From NCBI GenBank assembly GCA_964512625.1, contig CAZEKG010000002.1, positions 109,393 through 173,392 on the forward strand: DNA of 64,000 nucleotides. Direction: 5' to 3'. Positions within the stretch are counted from its first letter, which is position 1. Every line of letters starts with the position of its first letter. The notes below the pieces were generated by a model. It ran no database searches and was not told the DNA's origin. It saw only the letters and a list, made by a program, of their open reading frames with translations. The position numbers and the translations under genes are program-made. This stretch comes from an uncultured Gammaproteobacteria bacterium (GTDB taxonomy: Bacteria; Patescibacteriota; Patescibacteriia; 2-01-FULL-39-33). Shown piece by piece: positions 28,051 through 37,733 of this stretch.

Positions 28051-28518
28051 ATGAGAGGTAAACCAGCACCAAAAAGAAAAATTCAGCCCGATGCTAAATT
28101 TTCCCAAGAATTCGTAACCAAATTCATTAACTACATCATGGAAAGCGGTAAGAAAACGATTGCGGAAAGAATCGTTTACGAAGCATTGGATTTGATTTCT
28201 AAGAAAACCAAAGGAGATGCTTTGGAAATATTTGATTCTGCTATTAAGAACATTTCTCCAACCGTAGAAATTAAGGGTCGAAGAGTCGGCGGCGCCAACT
28301 ATCAGGTTCCTATGGCTGTAAGATCTGAAAGAAGCTTTACTTTAGGCTGCCGCTGGTTGATTGACTCAGCTAAGGCTAAAAAAGGAAAGAAGATGGCAGA
28401 AAGATTGGCTGATGAGATCATTAACGCTTACAATAACGAAGGTCCGGCTATCAAGAAGAAGCAGGATACTTATAAAATGGCTGAAGCTAATCGCGCTTTT
28501 GCTCATTTCAGTCGCTAA
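28051..28518 (+). CDS. rpsG: 30S ribosomal protein S7
   Basis: The S7 signature segments are present (ERIVYEALDLI, VGGANYQVPMAV, RLADEIINAYNNEG). Confidence 0.9.
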   Translation: MRGKPAPKRKIQPDAKFSQEFVTKFINYIMESGKKTIAERIVYEALDLISKKTKGDALEIFDSAIKNISPTVEIKGRRVGGANYQVPMAVRSERSFTLGCRWLIDSAKAKKGKKMAERLADEIINAYNNEGPAIKKKQDTYKMAEANRAFAHFSR

Positions 28519-28639
28519 GCTGAAGATATTTAAATTTTCAATTTTCAATTTTTAAACAATGATGAAATTTTTTAATTTTAAAATTGATGGATTGGAAATT
28601 GTCTGGAAATTAAAAAATAAAAATTAGAAATTAACTTTT

Positions 28640-30775
28640 ATGCCCCGCAAACAACCATTAGAAAAAATTAGGAATATAGGCATTATCGCCCATATCGATG
28701 CTGGTAAAACGACTGTTTCCGAACGCGTTCTTTTTTATACCGGTAAGAAGCATAAGATCGGCGAAGTCCATGAAGGTGAAGCTACTATGGATTGGATGGA
28801 ACAGGAAAGAGAAAGAGGTATTACCATCACTTCTGCGGCTACGACTTGTACTTGGAAAAATGCTGATTGGTTGGGTGGCGGCGAAATCCAAATAAATTTA
28901 ATTGATACTCCGGGTCACGTTGATTTTACAGCTGAAGTAGAACGTTCTCTTCGAGTCCTCGACGGCGGCGTTATTGTTTTTGACGGCGTAGCCGGCGTTG
29001 AACCTCAATCGGAAACAGTTTGGAGACAATCTGAAAAATATCATGTGCCTAAGATCGGCTTCGTCAATAAGATGGATAGAATGGGAGCGGATTTTTATAA
29101 GGACTTAGATTCTATTCATGAAAGATTGACTTCTCATGCTCATCCAATCCAACTTCCAGTCGGAGCGGCTGAGACTTTCAGAGGTATTATTGATCTTCTT
29201 GAGATGAAGGCGGAAATTTATCTTGATGATCTTGGAACAAAGTGGGAGATTACTGATGTTCCGGAAGATGAAATAGAAAGAGCGAAAAAATACCGAGCTG
29301 AGTTAGTTGAGGCGATTGTTGAAAATGATGAAGCTTTAATGGATAGATACTTGGCAGGTGAAGAGATCTCTATTATTGATTTAAAAAAGACTTTAAGAAA
29401 GGCAGTTATCGCTAATAAGATTGTGCCTATTATTTGTGGCAGTGCTCTAAAGAATAAAGGCGTCCAATTCTTGCTTGATGCTGTATCTGAGTATTTGCCT
29501 TCACCTTTAGATGTTCTACCTCCAGTAGCTCATGATGTTGATGATGAGACTAAAGAGATCATGGTTAAAGTTACTGATGATGCTCCTATGGCCGGTTTAG
29601 CTTTTAAGATTGCTACGGACCCCTTTGTCGGTAAATTGGTTTTCTTTAGAGTTTATAGAGGTGTTTTAAAGTCAGGTTCTTATATCTTAAATAACTCCAA
29701 TGGAAATAAGGAAAGAATCGGAAGAATTCTCAGGATGCATTCCAATTCTCGAGAGGAAATAGATGAGGTTTACGCCGGAGAAATTGCTGCGTTAGTCGGT
29801 TTTAGGGATGTAACTACCGGAGATACGCTTTCTGATCCTAATACTCCTATATTGTTAGAGAAGATCGTTTTCCCTGAGCCAGTTATTGATATCGCTGTTG
29901 AGCCAAAGACTAAAGCTGATCAAGAAAAAATGGGCTTAGCTTTATCGAAGTTGGCTGAAGAAGATCCTACTTTTAGAGTTAAGACTGATGAAGAAAGTGG
30001 CCAAACTATTATTTCCGGTATGGGTGAGCTTCACCTGGATATTATCGTCGATAGAATGAGACGGGAATTTAAAGTCGAAGCTAATATCGGCGCTCCTCAG
30101 GTTGCCTATCGAGAAACTATTCGTAAGACAGCAGAAGCTGAAGGTAAGTATGTTAGACAATCAGGCGGTCGAGGTCAATATGGCCATTGCTGGATTAGAA
30201 TCGAACCGCTGGAGCCTGGCAAAGGCTTTGAATTCGCCGAAGAAATCAAGGGCGGCGCTATTCCTCGAGAATATATCAAGCCGATTGAAAAAGGTATTAA
30301 AGAGGCTTTGACTAGGGGTGTAGTAGCCGGATATTCTTTGATTGATGTTAAGGCAACTGTTTATGATGGATCATACCATGACGTCGATTCATCTGAAGCA
30401 GCTTTTAAAATCGCCGGTTCCTTGGCTTTGCAGGAAGCTGTTAAGAAAGCAGCTCCAGTTATTCTTGAGCCGATTATGAAAGTCGAAGTTACGACCCCTG
30501 AGCAGTTCATGGGTGACGTTATTGGTGATCTTAACTCTCGAAGAGCTTTGATTAATAAAATGGAAGATAGAGGTTCTGGCGCGGCTTTAACTAAGGTTAT
30601 TACTGCTAATGTTCCTCTTTCTGAGATGTTCGGCTATGCGACTCAATTACGATCTATGACTCAGGGTCGAGCTAATTACAGCATGGAATTCTTGCATTAC
30701 CTTGATGTGCCGAAGAATGTGGAAGCCCAAATCGTAGAAGGTAGAAAGGGTACGGAAAAGAGAATCCAGTCTTAA
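28640..30775 (+). CDS. fusA: Elongation factor G
   Basis: The G-domain motifs are [24 protein letters not shown] and NKMDR, followed by the domains II-V signatures. Confidence 0.9.
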   Translation: MPRKQPLEKIRNIGIIAHIDAGKTTVSERVLFYTGKKHKIGEVHEGEATMDWMEQERERGITITSAATTCTWKNADWLGGGEIQINLIDTPGHVDFTAEVERSLRVLDGGVIVFDGVAGVEPQSETVWRQSEKYHVPKIGFVNKMDRMGADFYKDLDSIHERLTSHAHPIQLPVGAAETFRGIIDLLEMKAEIYLDDLGTKWEITDVPEDEIERAKKYRAELVEAIVENDEALMDRYLAGEEISIIDLKKTLRKAVIANKIVPIICGSALKNKGVQFLLDAVSEYLPSPLDVLPPVAHDVDDETKEIMVKVTDDAPMAGLAFKIATDPFVGKLVFFRVYRGVLKSGSYILNNSNGNKERIGRILRMHSNSREEIDEVYAGEIAALVGFRDVTTGDTLSDPNTPILLEKIVFPEPVIDIAVEPKTKADQEKMGLALSKLAEEDPTFRVKTDEESGQTIISGMGELHLDIIVDRMRREFKVEANIGAPQVAYRETIRKTAEAEGKYVRQSGGRGQYGHCWIRIEPLEPGKGFEFAEEIKGGAIPREYIKPIEKGIKEALTRGVVAGYSLIDVKATVYDGSYHDVDSSEAAFKIAGSLALQEAVKKAAPVILEPIMKVEVTTPEQFMGDVIGDLNSRRALINKMEDRGSGAALTKVITANVPLSEMFGYATQLRSMTQGRANYSMEFLHYLDVPKNVEAQIVEGRKGTEKRIQS

Positions 30776-30796
30776 TTTCTATATTTTAGAACATAA

Positions 30797-30835
30797 AAGA
30801 ACAGCAACTGAAATCGGTTGCTGTTCTTTATTTAA
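30797..30835 (+). terminator. Rho-independent terminator after fusA
   Basis: The hairpin is AAGAACAGCAAC-TGAAATCG-GTTGCTGTTCTT, followed by a T-rich run. Confidence 0.6.
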
Positions 30836-30838
30836 ATT

Positions 30839-30866
30839 AAAAAGGCGGCAACTTGTAGTTGCCGCC
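30839..30866 (-). terminator. Rho-independent terminator (minus strand) for the convergent porin-like gene.
   Basis: The hairpin GGCGGCAACT-TGT-AGTTGCCGCC is followed, on the minus strand, by TTTTT (the complement of the A-run at 30839-30843). Confidence 0.55.
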
Positions 30867-30887
30867 CGTACTCAGTCCCGTTCTTCT

Positions 30888-31916
30888 TTAGAATTTGAAC
30901 TGAGCTTTTGCTAAAAGCCGGTTGTCCTCCGGCCCATCAACTACGGTCTCGTAGTCGAGGGTAAGGGAGCACCGGTCTTTTTTATCCATAAGACGGACGC
31001 CGTTGGTCCAGTAGACGCGCTTGGCGTCGCTAGTTTGGATTTCAACGGTTTCCGTCTTGAACTGACCGCTCTCTCGGTCGAACTTCGTGTTAGTCTCCTC
31101 ATAGGTCTTGGAGATGTCCCCAAGGTAGTCTACCTGGGAGTGAAGCTCGAGCCAAGGAGTGGCCCGGTAGGCGACCTGGACATAGCCGCCGAACTGGTCG
31201 CTAACTTCGATGCTCTCGTATCTTGTATAGCAGAGAGCGCCCATTAAGTTCCAGTGATTGTCTGGCTGCCACGCAGTGCTCACGCCGAAGCGTTGGAAAT
31301 CTTGGCAGAGCTGCGTGTAGCCGGCGATGTTTCCTGATCCTGGTTTGCCCTTTTCCCCAAATTGCTGCCTCAGCATGGCAGACAATTCAATCCTGTCGAA
31401 GGAGTGATCGTCGTCGAAGGCCAGACCGGAACGACCCGTTACATCGAAAACCAGGCTGACGCTTTCCGATAGCTGTCCCTCGACTTGCGCGCCGTAGGCA
31501 TAGCAGGGGAAGGTCATACTACTCGGATAAGCGACAGTTCTTAAGCTGTAAGCGTCAGGAGTGCTGTTGCCTGCAGCCAGGAATATTCTCCCCGCTTTCA
31601 GGCTCCAGTTATCATTTACCTTATACTTCACCCAGACTTCTCGAAGCCAATTAGAGTCGATTTGTCCGTCGTTGAACGGCAGATTGACTTGGGTGGAGGC
31701 CTCCCATCGCTCACTGCTCCAATCAGCTTTCAATCGGAGATTGTTCCATTGGAACTCGTCCGATGAAGTGGTGGTTTCCGCGTAGCTGGCTTGAGTCCAG
31801 CCACTTATTTTCAAAGTCGGTTCCTGACCGACCTTAACATCTTGCAGTTCGGCCGGCGCCGAGTGGGTGAAGCCGAAAAAGGTGGCGAGGACGATGGTGA
31901 CAAAAAACTTCTTCAT
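30888..31916 (-). CDS. Secreted beta-barrel outer-membrane-protein-like (porin-like) protein. Its GC content is markedly higher than the surrounding genome.
   Basis: It has a signal peptide (MKKFFVTIVLATFFGFTHSAPA) and alternating amphipathic beta-strand patterns (WSLKAGRIFLAAG, YVQVAYRATPWLELHS, SLTLDYETVV). The C-terminus is aromatic (KAQFKF), which is typical of OMP barrels. GC is roughly 50-55% against a high-30s background. Confidence 0.45.
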   Translation of the reverse strand: MKKFFVTIVLATFFGFTHSAPAELQDVKVGQEPTLKISGWTQASYAETTTSSDEFQWNNLRLKADWSSERWEASTQVNLPFNDGQIDSNWLREVWVKYKVNDNWSLKAGRIFLAAGNSTPDAYSLRTVAYPSSMTFPCYAYGAQVEGQLSESVSLVFDVTGRSGLAFDDDHSFDRIELSAMLRQQFGEKGKPGSGNIAGYTQLCQDFQRFGVSTAWQPDNHWNLMGALCYTRYESIEVSDQFGGYVQVAYRATPWLELHSQVDYLGDISKTYEETNTKFDRESGQFKTETVEIQTSDAKRVYWTNGVRLMDKKDRCSLTLDYETVVDGPEDNRLLAKAQFKF

Positions 31917-33160
31917 GAGAAACTCCTTTTCTGCTTTTGGCAGTCAAGGAAAGGCTTCTTCACAAGAAGTTTTAGTTCCTCGACTGCCGGCGGACCTCTT
32001 GGACTCGCATTTTTGAACCAACGCAGTTCAGATGGAATCCAAAATCTCTCTTCAAAAACCACTCTTACGAACCTCCAGTCCGGTTGAACCGAATGTTCGA
32101 ATTCGATGACGGGGTGGTCGCTGCCGACCGATCCTTTCTTTGTATTTCCGTCGTCATCTTTTTTGTCAACTGAAACTAAAGTCGTAACCACAGCGGCATT
32201 CGACTTCAGTATTACCAGTAGTCTAGCGATACTTGGTGTCAGGCTAATTAGCGAAATAGTGAAACAAATCAGCGCGGGTCTAGTAACCCGTCCGCCAGAT
32301 TGCCTAACTCTTTCCATGGCCTGATCGAACCTGACTAGAGGTTCTTCGGCTTGGAGCCAAAGAGCGGCTTCCTCTTCAGAGGTAAGCCAGAAGTTGCCAC
32401 TTCTCTTCTTTATATACTGACTTCTCAGCTTATAGTACCTTTTATTTTTGGCACCTTTTTCACTGATGGTTAGTATGCCTATGGGCCCGAAGAGGCTGGC
32501 GAGTATCAATCTAGACCAGCCTAGAAGGAACTCCTCTCGAACTTTTTCACCCTTAAACCTCTTGTTTAGAAGTAGGATGAAGATGCTTGGCGCTGTCATG
32601 AGCATGTACCATTTCAGCAACCAAAGAAAAAAGTTGAGCAGATCTTTCGATGATAGAGATATCTGCTCCCCATTTTCCTTTAGTACTTGGTCTTGGGCCT
32701 CTATGATACTGCTATTGAATCGCATTCCTGCTTCCTGTCGACGAGCGGCTTCATCGGTAGAATAAAGTTGCTTATAGTACTTTGGCGCCTCTTCGGCAAC
32801 TTTCCAGTTCCTAACGAAACATTCTCTAGCGAGATCGATAACTACTCGATCACTTGACTTTCCTGTTAGTATGACTGGAAGATTTTGCTTTAGAATAACC
32901 AAGCGATATTGAATGCGTTGCGCCTCTAGCGGTGTTAGAGTATTTGCCTCAGATTTTTTCTGGGCTTCCAGTAGTAGGGAGTTCATTTGTTCCTGCGCAG
33001 CTAGGCATTCTTGGCTACTGCAAAAAGATTTCTCTTTTTGCCATTTTTGACTTACCCAACTCCAGTCTGCGAAGACTAGAATAGTAACCACTATCGCCAC
33101 CCAACTCAGAATTACCTGAGCGAGAGGCTTTGGCTGGTCATAACTTTGGTAGTATGACAT
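31913..33160 (-). CDS. Hypothetical multi-pass membrane protein. It is GC-rich and overlaps the porin-like gene by 4 nt, so the two are co-transcribed.
   Basis: An N-terminal TM helix (VILSWVAIVVTILVF) and internal TM helices are present, with no recognisable catalytic motif. It is upstream in a 2-gene minus-strand operon and has elevated GC. Confidence 0.4.
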   Translation of the reverse strand: MSYYQSYDQPKPLAQVILSWVAIVVTILVFADWSWVSQKWQKEKSFCSSQECLAAQEQMNSLLLEAQKKSEANTLTPLEAQRIQYRLVILKQNLPVILTGKSSDRVVIDLARECFVRNWKVAEEAPKYYKQLYSTDEAARRQEAGMRFNSSIIEAQDQVLKENGEQISLSSKDLLNFFLWLLKWYMLMTAPSIFILLLNKRFKGEKVREEFLLGWSRLILASLFGPIGILTISEKGAKNKRYYKLRSQYIKKRSGNFWLTSEEEAALWLQAEEPLVRFDQAMERVRQSGGRVTRPALICFTISLISLTPSIARLLVILKSNAAVVTTLVSVDKKDDDGNTKKGSVGSDHPVIEFEHSVQPDWRFVRVVFEERFWIPSELRWFKNASPRGPPAVEELKLLVKKPFLDCQKQKRSFS

Positions 33161-33341
33161 AACTCGCCTCTCTTTCTGAGTTGTTAAAGTTCAGTTTAGT
33201 ATCCTAGGAAATTCCCAAGATAACCTCATATTTTAGCAGATTGTTGGTTACTTGTCAAGTTACCTATTCTTTTTGTGATATATATTTGCCATAATCCATT
33301 TTTTATTATAAAATAACCTAAAATCGCTAACATTTAATTTT

Positions 33342-33716
33342 ATGTTTACCGGAATAGGTAAGATAACCAATTTAATTAAAAAAACAGGAGATAAGGCGAT
33401 AATTGTTGATGCTAATGGAGAACCGACTTACGTAATAATGACCGTTTTTGACTACGAAAGATTGGTTTTGGGGCATTCAGAGGTAAGGGGCTTGACAGAA
33501 GAAGAACTTTTAGATAAAATAAACCGTGACATTGCAATTTGGAAAGGCAGTCAGGAATTGGAAAATTTACCCATTGATCAATACGATTTCTCTAAAAACT
33601 TCGATTTTGGAAGTCAGTATGGTAAATTTAGCCAAGATAAGCCAAATTATGGCTACGAACCGGAAGTGGTAGATGACGAAGAAAGTGAAAGATTCTACTT
33701 TGAAACCGTCGAATAA
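33342..33716 (+). CDS. Hypothetical small acidic protein. The N-terminal ~45 aa resemble a Phd/YefM-type antitoxin fold.
   Basis: The segment KAIIVDANGEPTYVIMTVFDYERLV resembles the YefM/Phd core (xPVIITxNGxPxAVLMSxEDYExL). The C-terminal half is acidic (YEPEVVDDEESERFYFE). No partner toxin lies nearby. Confidence 0.3.
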   Translation: MFTGIGKITNLIKKTGDKAIIVDANGEPTYVIMTVFDYERLVLGHSEVRGLTEEELLDKINRDIAIWKGSQELENLPIDQYDFSKNFDFGSQYGKFSQDKPNYGYEPEVVDDEESERFYFETVE

Positions 33717-33734
33717 CTGTTGATAACTTGACTC

Positions 33735-33762
33735 TTGCCAAAATCGTAATTTGTGATACAAT
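33735..33762 (+). promoter_or_regulatory. Putative promoter upstream of tuf
   Basis: The -35 element is TTGCCA. After a 16-nt spacer, an extended -10 element TGATACAAT follows. The leader to the tuf ATG is ~175 nt. Confidence 0.35.
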
Positions 33763-33941
33763 AATCAAGCGTATTTTATAATAAAACATTAATAAAACTA
33801 ATAAACTAGCGGACCTGGCTAAAACTCCTGCAACCGCCGAAACCTTAGTAAAGGCGACTCTCTAACTTAAAAGTCCTGAGAATCGCATCTTCACTAGTGT
33901 TGCGGCTAAGCAAGGGGGTCCCTATAACAAGGATAAATAAA

Positions 33942-35129
33942 ATGGCAGAACAATTTGACAGAAGCAAGCCGCATCTAAATGTCGGCACCATCGGTCACGT
34001 AGATCACGGAAAAACCACTTTAACCGCTGCTATCCTTCAGGTTCTTGGCGCTAGAGGCGGTAAGGCCCAAAACAAGTCAGTCGATCAGATCGACGCTGCT
34101 CCGGAAGAAAAAGAGAGAGGTATCACTATTGCTACCGCTCACGTCGAATATGAGACTGAAAAGAGACATTATGCTCACGTTGACTGTCCTGGTCACGCTG
34201 ACTACATTAAAAACATGATTACTGGTGCTGCTCAAATGGATGGCGCCATTATCGTTGTTGCTGCTACTGATGGTCCTATGCCTCAAACCAGAGAACACAT
34301 TCTCTTGGCTAGACAAGTAGGTGTACCATACATCGTTGTCTTTATTAACAAAGTTGATCAAGTTGATGATCCTTCACTTATCGATCTAGTTGAAGAAGAA
34401 GTCAAAGATCTTTTGAAGAAATATGAATTCCCTGGAGACACAACCCCTATTATCAGAGGTTCTGCCTTAAAAGCTTTGGAAAATCCAACTGGTCCTGAGG
34501 GTGATTGTATTATACAGCTTATGGATGCTTTGGACACATATATTCCTGAACCTCAACGCGCTACCGATTTGCCTTTCATGATGCCGATTGAAGATGTTTT
34601 CTCCATTGAAGGCCGAGGTACAGTAGTTACTGGAAGAATTGAAAGAGGTATTATTAAATTGAGCGAAGAAGTTGAAATCGTCGGACTTAAGCCGACTATG
34701 AAATCAGTTGTTACTGGTATCGAAATGTTTAACAAGAATCTTAACGAAGGTATTTGCGGTGATAACGCTGGTATCCTTTTAAGAGGTATCAAGAAAGAAG
34801 ATGTTGAAAGAGGCCAAGTTCTTGCTAAACCGGGAACAATCACTCCTCACAGCGAGTTTGAAGCCGAGGTTTACATCTTATCTAAGGAAGAAGGCGGAAG
34901 ACACAAACCTTTCTTTAAGGGTTATAAGCCACAATTCTACATTAGAACTACCGATGTAACTGGTGAAATTGAATTGCCAGAAGGCGTCCAGATGGTTACT
35001 CCTGGAGATACAGTAACCTTGACTATTAAACTTGGTAAGAGCGTAGCTATGGAAGATAAGATGAAATTCTCTATTAGAGAAGGCGGACATACGGTTGGAG
35101 CTGGTGTAGTTACTAAGATTATTAAATAA
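33942..35129 (+). CDS. tuf: Elongation factor Tu
   Basis: It begins [27 protein letters not shown] and carries DCPGHADY and NKVD. It is very highly conserved. The ORF-track start at 33897 is an in-frame upstream extension. Confidence 0.9.
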   Translation: MAEQFDRSKPHLNVGTIGHVDHGKTTLTAAILQVLGARGGKAQNKSVDQIDAAPEEKERGITIATAHVEYETEKRHYAHVDCPGHADYIKNMITGAAQMDGAIIVVAATDGPMPQTREHILLARQVGVPYIVVFINKVDQVDDPSLIDLVEEEVKDLLKKYEFPGDTTPIIRGSALKALENPTGPEGDCIIQLMDALDTYIPEPQRATDLPFMMPIEDVFSIEGRGTVVTGRIERGIIKLSEEVEIVGLKPTMKSVVTGIEMFNKNLNEGICGDNAGILLRGIKKEDVERGQVLAKPGTITPHSEFEAEVYILSKEEGGRHKPFFKGYKPQFYIRTTDVTGEIELPEGVQMVTPGDTVTLTIKLGKSVAMEDKMKFSIREGGHTVGAGVVTKIIK

Positions 35130-35140
35130 GTTTGTTGCCC

Positions 35141-35173
35141 TTTTGGAGACTGGCACGAGGCCAGTCTCCAAAA
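35141..35173 (+). promoter_or_regulatory. Perfect 14-bp stem-loop between tuf and rpsJ with no following T-run. It may be a processing or attenuation element.
   Basis: TTTTGGAGACTGGC-ACGAG-GCCAGTCTCCAAAA forms 14 consecutive Watson-Crick pairs. Confidence 0.4.
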
Positions 35174-35201
35174 GTCGGGCAAGTACATTAACTATAAAAC
35201 A

Positions 35202-35543
35202 ATGGCAAGCAAAATCACATCTGAAACTCAGGAAAAGGCTCATCAGAGAATCAGAATCAAAATCAAGGCTTATGATCACAAGATTATAGATAATTCTGCT
35301 AAGAAGATCATTGAGACTTGTAAGAGATTCGGTGCTCAGGTTATTGGTCCAGTGCCACTTCCGACTGAAAAGAGGAAGTACACCATCAATAGATCCACTT
35401 TCGTCCACAAGGATGCTCGCGACCAGTTCGAAATGAGAATCCATAAAAGACTATTGGATATTATTGACCCGGACGCTAAGACTGTTGATGCGTTAATGAA
35501 TTTGAATTTGCCGGCAGGCGTGAATGTAGAAATTAAAATGTAA
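35202..35543 (+). CDS. rpsJ: 30S ribosomal protein S10
   Basis: The conserved segments are [61 protein letters not shown]. Confidence 0.9.
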   Translation: MASKITSETQEKAHQRIRIKIKAYDHKIIDNSAKKIIETCKRFGAQVIGPVPLPTEKRKYTINRSTFVHKDARDQFEMRIHKRLLDIIDPDAKTVDALMNLNLPAGVNVEIKM

Positions 35544-35679
35544 GAATTTCAATCTCGAAAGATATTGGAGAAAGATCCCAGGAAATCAGATAGGATATTA
35601 TCGGGGAAAACCTCCAAAGTCGATTGCAGATTGCAAGGAGTAAAAACTCACTATAGTAAAAACAACTTAATTGCTGTCC

Positions 35680-35750
35680 GACCCTATTTATTATTAGGGT
35701 CTTGGCTTGCACTAAGTCTGATTTTTCTGTGAGAGTCAGATTTTTTTTAT
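35680..35750 (+). promoter_or_regulatory. Two hairpins in the unusually long (225-nt) rpsJ-rplC spacer; the second is followed by T8. Possible attenuator or terminator.
   Basis: GACCCTA-TTTATTAT-TAGGGTC lies at 35680-35701. A weaker stem, TCTGA...TCAGA, is followed by TTTTTTTT at 35741-35748. Confidence 0.3.
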
Positions 35751-35768
35751 TACGGTTTATATAAAAAG

Positions 35769-36533
35769 ATGAAATTCATATTAGGTAAAAAAATTGAGAT
35801 GTCCCAAGTGTTCCGAGATGATGGCAACGTTATTCCGGTTACTATTGTTAAAGCTAGTAGAAACATTGTGACTCAAATAAAGAATAAAGAACAGGACGGC
35901 TACTTTGCTATTCAGGTTGGTTTTGATGCGGTTAAAAAAGTCAATAAATCAAAAGCCGGCCATTTAAAAGATTTAAGCTCAATAAGAACTATTAGAGAAT
36001 TCAGAGTTGATGAGAAAGAAGCCGCTAACTTTGAAAGAGGCGGAGAGATTGCCGTTGATGCTTTTGCTGTCGGCGATAAGGTTAGGGTTACTGGTTTTTC
36101 TAAAGGCAAAGGTTTTCAGGGTGTAGTTAAGAGGCATGGTTTCCATGGTTCTCCCAAGACTCATGGTCATAAAGATCAAGAAAGAATGCCTGGTTCTATT
36201 GGAGCCACTGATCCTGGAAGAGTTTTTAAGGGTATTAGAATGGGCGGCCATACAGGAGATGCTAAGATTACGGTTACCAATTTAGAAGTTATTGATATTG
36301 ATTTGGAAAAAGATTTGATTTATATTAAGGGCGCTTTGCCGGGAGCTAGAAACAGCTTGGTTTATATTTATGGTCCAGGCGAGATGGTTGCTAAGAAAGC
36401 TCAACCTGTTAAGGTTGAGGAAAAAGAAGTCGTCGAAGAAGTTGTTGCGTCCGAGTCATCTGAAGAGATTAAGGCCGAAGAAGCTTTAGAAGATGTAAAA
36501 AAAGAAGTAGAAACTAAGAATGTAGAACAATAA
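35769..36533 (+). CDS. rplC: 50S ribosomal protein L3 with a ~45-aa acidic C-terminal extension
   Basis: The L3 core is present (FQVGFDAVKK, GKGFQGVVKRHGF, GGHTGDAKITV). The C-terminus runs EEKEVVEEVVASESSEEIKAEEALEDVKKEVE. Confidence 0.9.
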   Translation: MKFILGKKIEMSQVFRDDGNVIPVTIVKASRNIVTQIKNKEQDGYFAIQVGFDAVKKVNKSKAGHLKDLSSIRTIREFRVDEKEAANFERGGEIAVDAFAVGDKVRVTGFSKGKGFQGVVKRHGFHGSPKTHGHKDQERMPGSIGATDPGRVFKGIRMGGHTGDAKITVTNLEVIDIDLEKDLIYIKGALPGARNSLVYIYGPGEMVAKKAQPVKVEEKEVVEEVVASESSEEIKAEEALEDVKKEVETKNVEQ

Positions 36534-36541
36534 ACATAGTT

Positions 36542-37219
36542 ATGAAATTACCAGTCTACAATATAACAGGAGTTAAAACTAAAGAAGTCGAAGTCAGTTC
36601 TCGTATTTTTGGTGTTAAAGTAAAGCCGGAAGTCGTTCATCAAGTTGTCGTAGCTCAAATGGCTAACGCTAGAAAAGTCTTGGCTGATACCCTTAATAAG
36701 AGTGAGGTTAGAGGCGGAGGCAAGAAGCCTTGGAAACAAAAAGGCACAGGAAAGGCTAGACACGGTTCAAGTAGATCTCCAATTTGGGTTGGCGGTGGCG
36801 TCACTTTCGGTCCGACCAATGATAGGAATTTTTCTAAGAAAGTTAATAAGAAGCAAAAGCAATTAGCTTTGGCGATGTGCTTGTCTGATAAATTAGCTAA
36901 TGAAAGCTTAGCCGTTTTTGAAAAATTATCAGTTGAGGGCGGTAAGACTAAGAATCTTAACGCTTTGATTAAAACAGTTAAGGAAAAAGTTTCCGGCATG
37001 GAGGCAGGTAAGAAATTCTTGCTTATCATTGATAATAACGATAAAGAGCTTATCAGGTCAGGCTTGAATTTAAGGAATATCAATACTATTTCTTATGATA
37101 GTTTAAACTGCATAGAAGTGTTAAAATATGATAAGGTTTTAGCTAGCGAAGAAGCTATTTCAAAAATAGCTAAGCATTATCGAAGGAATACTTCTTCTAA
37201 ATTAGTTACTGAGAAATAA
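36542..37219 (+). CDS. rplD: 50S ribosomal protein L4
   Basis: The L4 motifs are EVRGGGKKPWKQKGTGKARHGSSRSPIWVGGGVTFGP. Confidence 0.85.
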   Translation: MKLPVYNITGVKTKEVEVSSRIFGVKVKPEVVHQVVVAQMANARKVLADTLNKSEVRGGGKKPWKQKGTGKARHGSSRSPIWVGGGVTFGPTNDRNFSKKVNKKQKQLALAMCLSDKLANESLAVFEKLSVEGGKTKNLNALIKTVKEKVSGMEAGKKFLLIIDNNDKELIRSGLNLRNINTISYDSLNCIEVLKYDKVLASEEAISKIAKHYRRNTSSKLVTEK

Positions 37220-37223
37220 AGAT

Positions 37224-37655
37224 ATGGGAATTTTCAATAAAACAAAAAATAGCGATTCTGAAGATATCGAAGCTGTAAAAGCTGAAAAGGAAGTTGTTGC
37301 TGATGTTGCAGTTAAGAAAACGGCTAAAAAAGAAGTTAAGCCGGTAGATGATATGGCGCCTAGCAAGAAAAGAGCTATTTACGGCATCCTGATTAAGCCT
37401 TTGATTACCGAAAAAACTACCTTATTGGCTTCAAGCAATCAATTCGTTTTCGCTGTAAATATGAAAGCTAATAAATTGCAAGTCGCGCAAGCAGTAGAAA
37501 GCCGTTATGGAATCAAGCCTTTGGGAGTTAATATCTTAAAGAATAAAGGCAATGTTGTAAGGTTCGGCAAGAATTGGGGAAGAACCAAGGATTGGAAAAA
37601 AGCAATTGTTACTTTGCCTAAAGGCAAGTCGATCGCGATTCAAGAAGGAATATAA
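37224..37655 (+). CDS. rplW: 50S ribosomal protein L23 with a ~45-aa N-terminal Lys/Glu-rich extension
   Basis: The L23 core is ILIKPLITEKTT ... FAVNMKANKLQVAQAVESRYGIKPLGVNIL, preceded by a charged extension. Confidence 0.85.
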   Translation: MGIFNKTKNSDSEDIEAVKAEKEVVADVAVKKTAKKEVKPVDDMAPSKKRAIYGILIKPLITEKTTLLASSNQFVFAVNMKANKLQVAQAVESRYGIKPLGVNILKNKGNVVRFGKNWGRTKDWKKAIVTLPKGKSIAIQEGI

Positions 37656-37733
37656 TAAAGAAAATACGGATGATATATAGCCTGTGAAAAAAAATAAAAA
37701 TCATGGCTATAAACTATAAGCAATAAAAAAGAT

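Noticed and set aside
28519-28639. AT-rich rpsG-fusA spacer with short direct repeats (caatttt caatttt ...), considered as a CRISPR or structured repeat
   Set aside because: The repeat units are only ~7 nt, irregular and low-complexity, with no spacer-like unique segments. It is just an AT-rich intergenic region, though at ~120 nt it is longer than usual for this junction.
30888-33160. The GC-rich segments could be assembly chimeras or contamination
   Set aside because: This is not fully excluded without reads. However, each segment is inserted precisely in an intergenic gap, is flanked by intact terminators and host genes in conserved order on both sides, and disrupts no gene. That pattern is more consistent with genuine insertion than with a chimeric join, so the segments are kept as findings with a stated check.
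34878-35444. 188-aa minus-strand ORF overlapping tuf and rpsJ, and several other short antisense or alternate-frame ORFs within conserved genes (for example 10427-10741, 21273-21593, 36655-37083, 44667-45113)
   Set aside because: They lie entirely within strongly supported conserved genes on the opposite strand or in another frame, and have no motifs. They are typical shadow ORFs.
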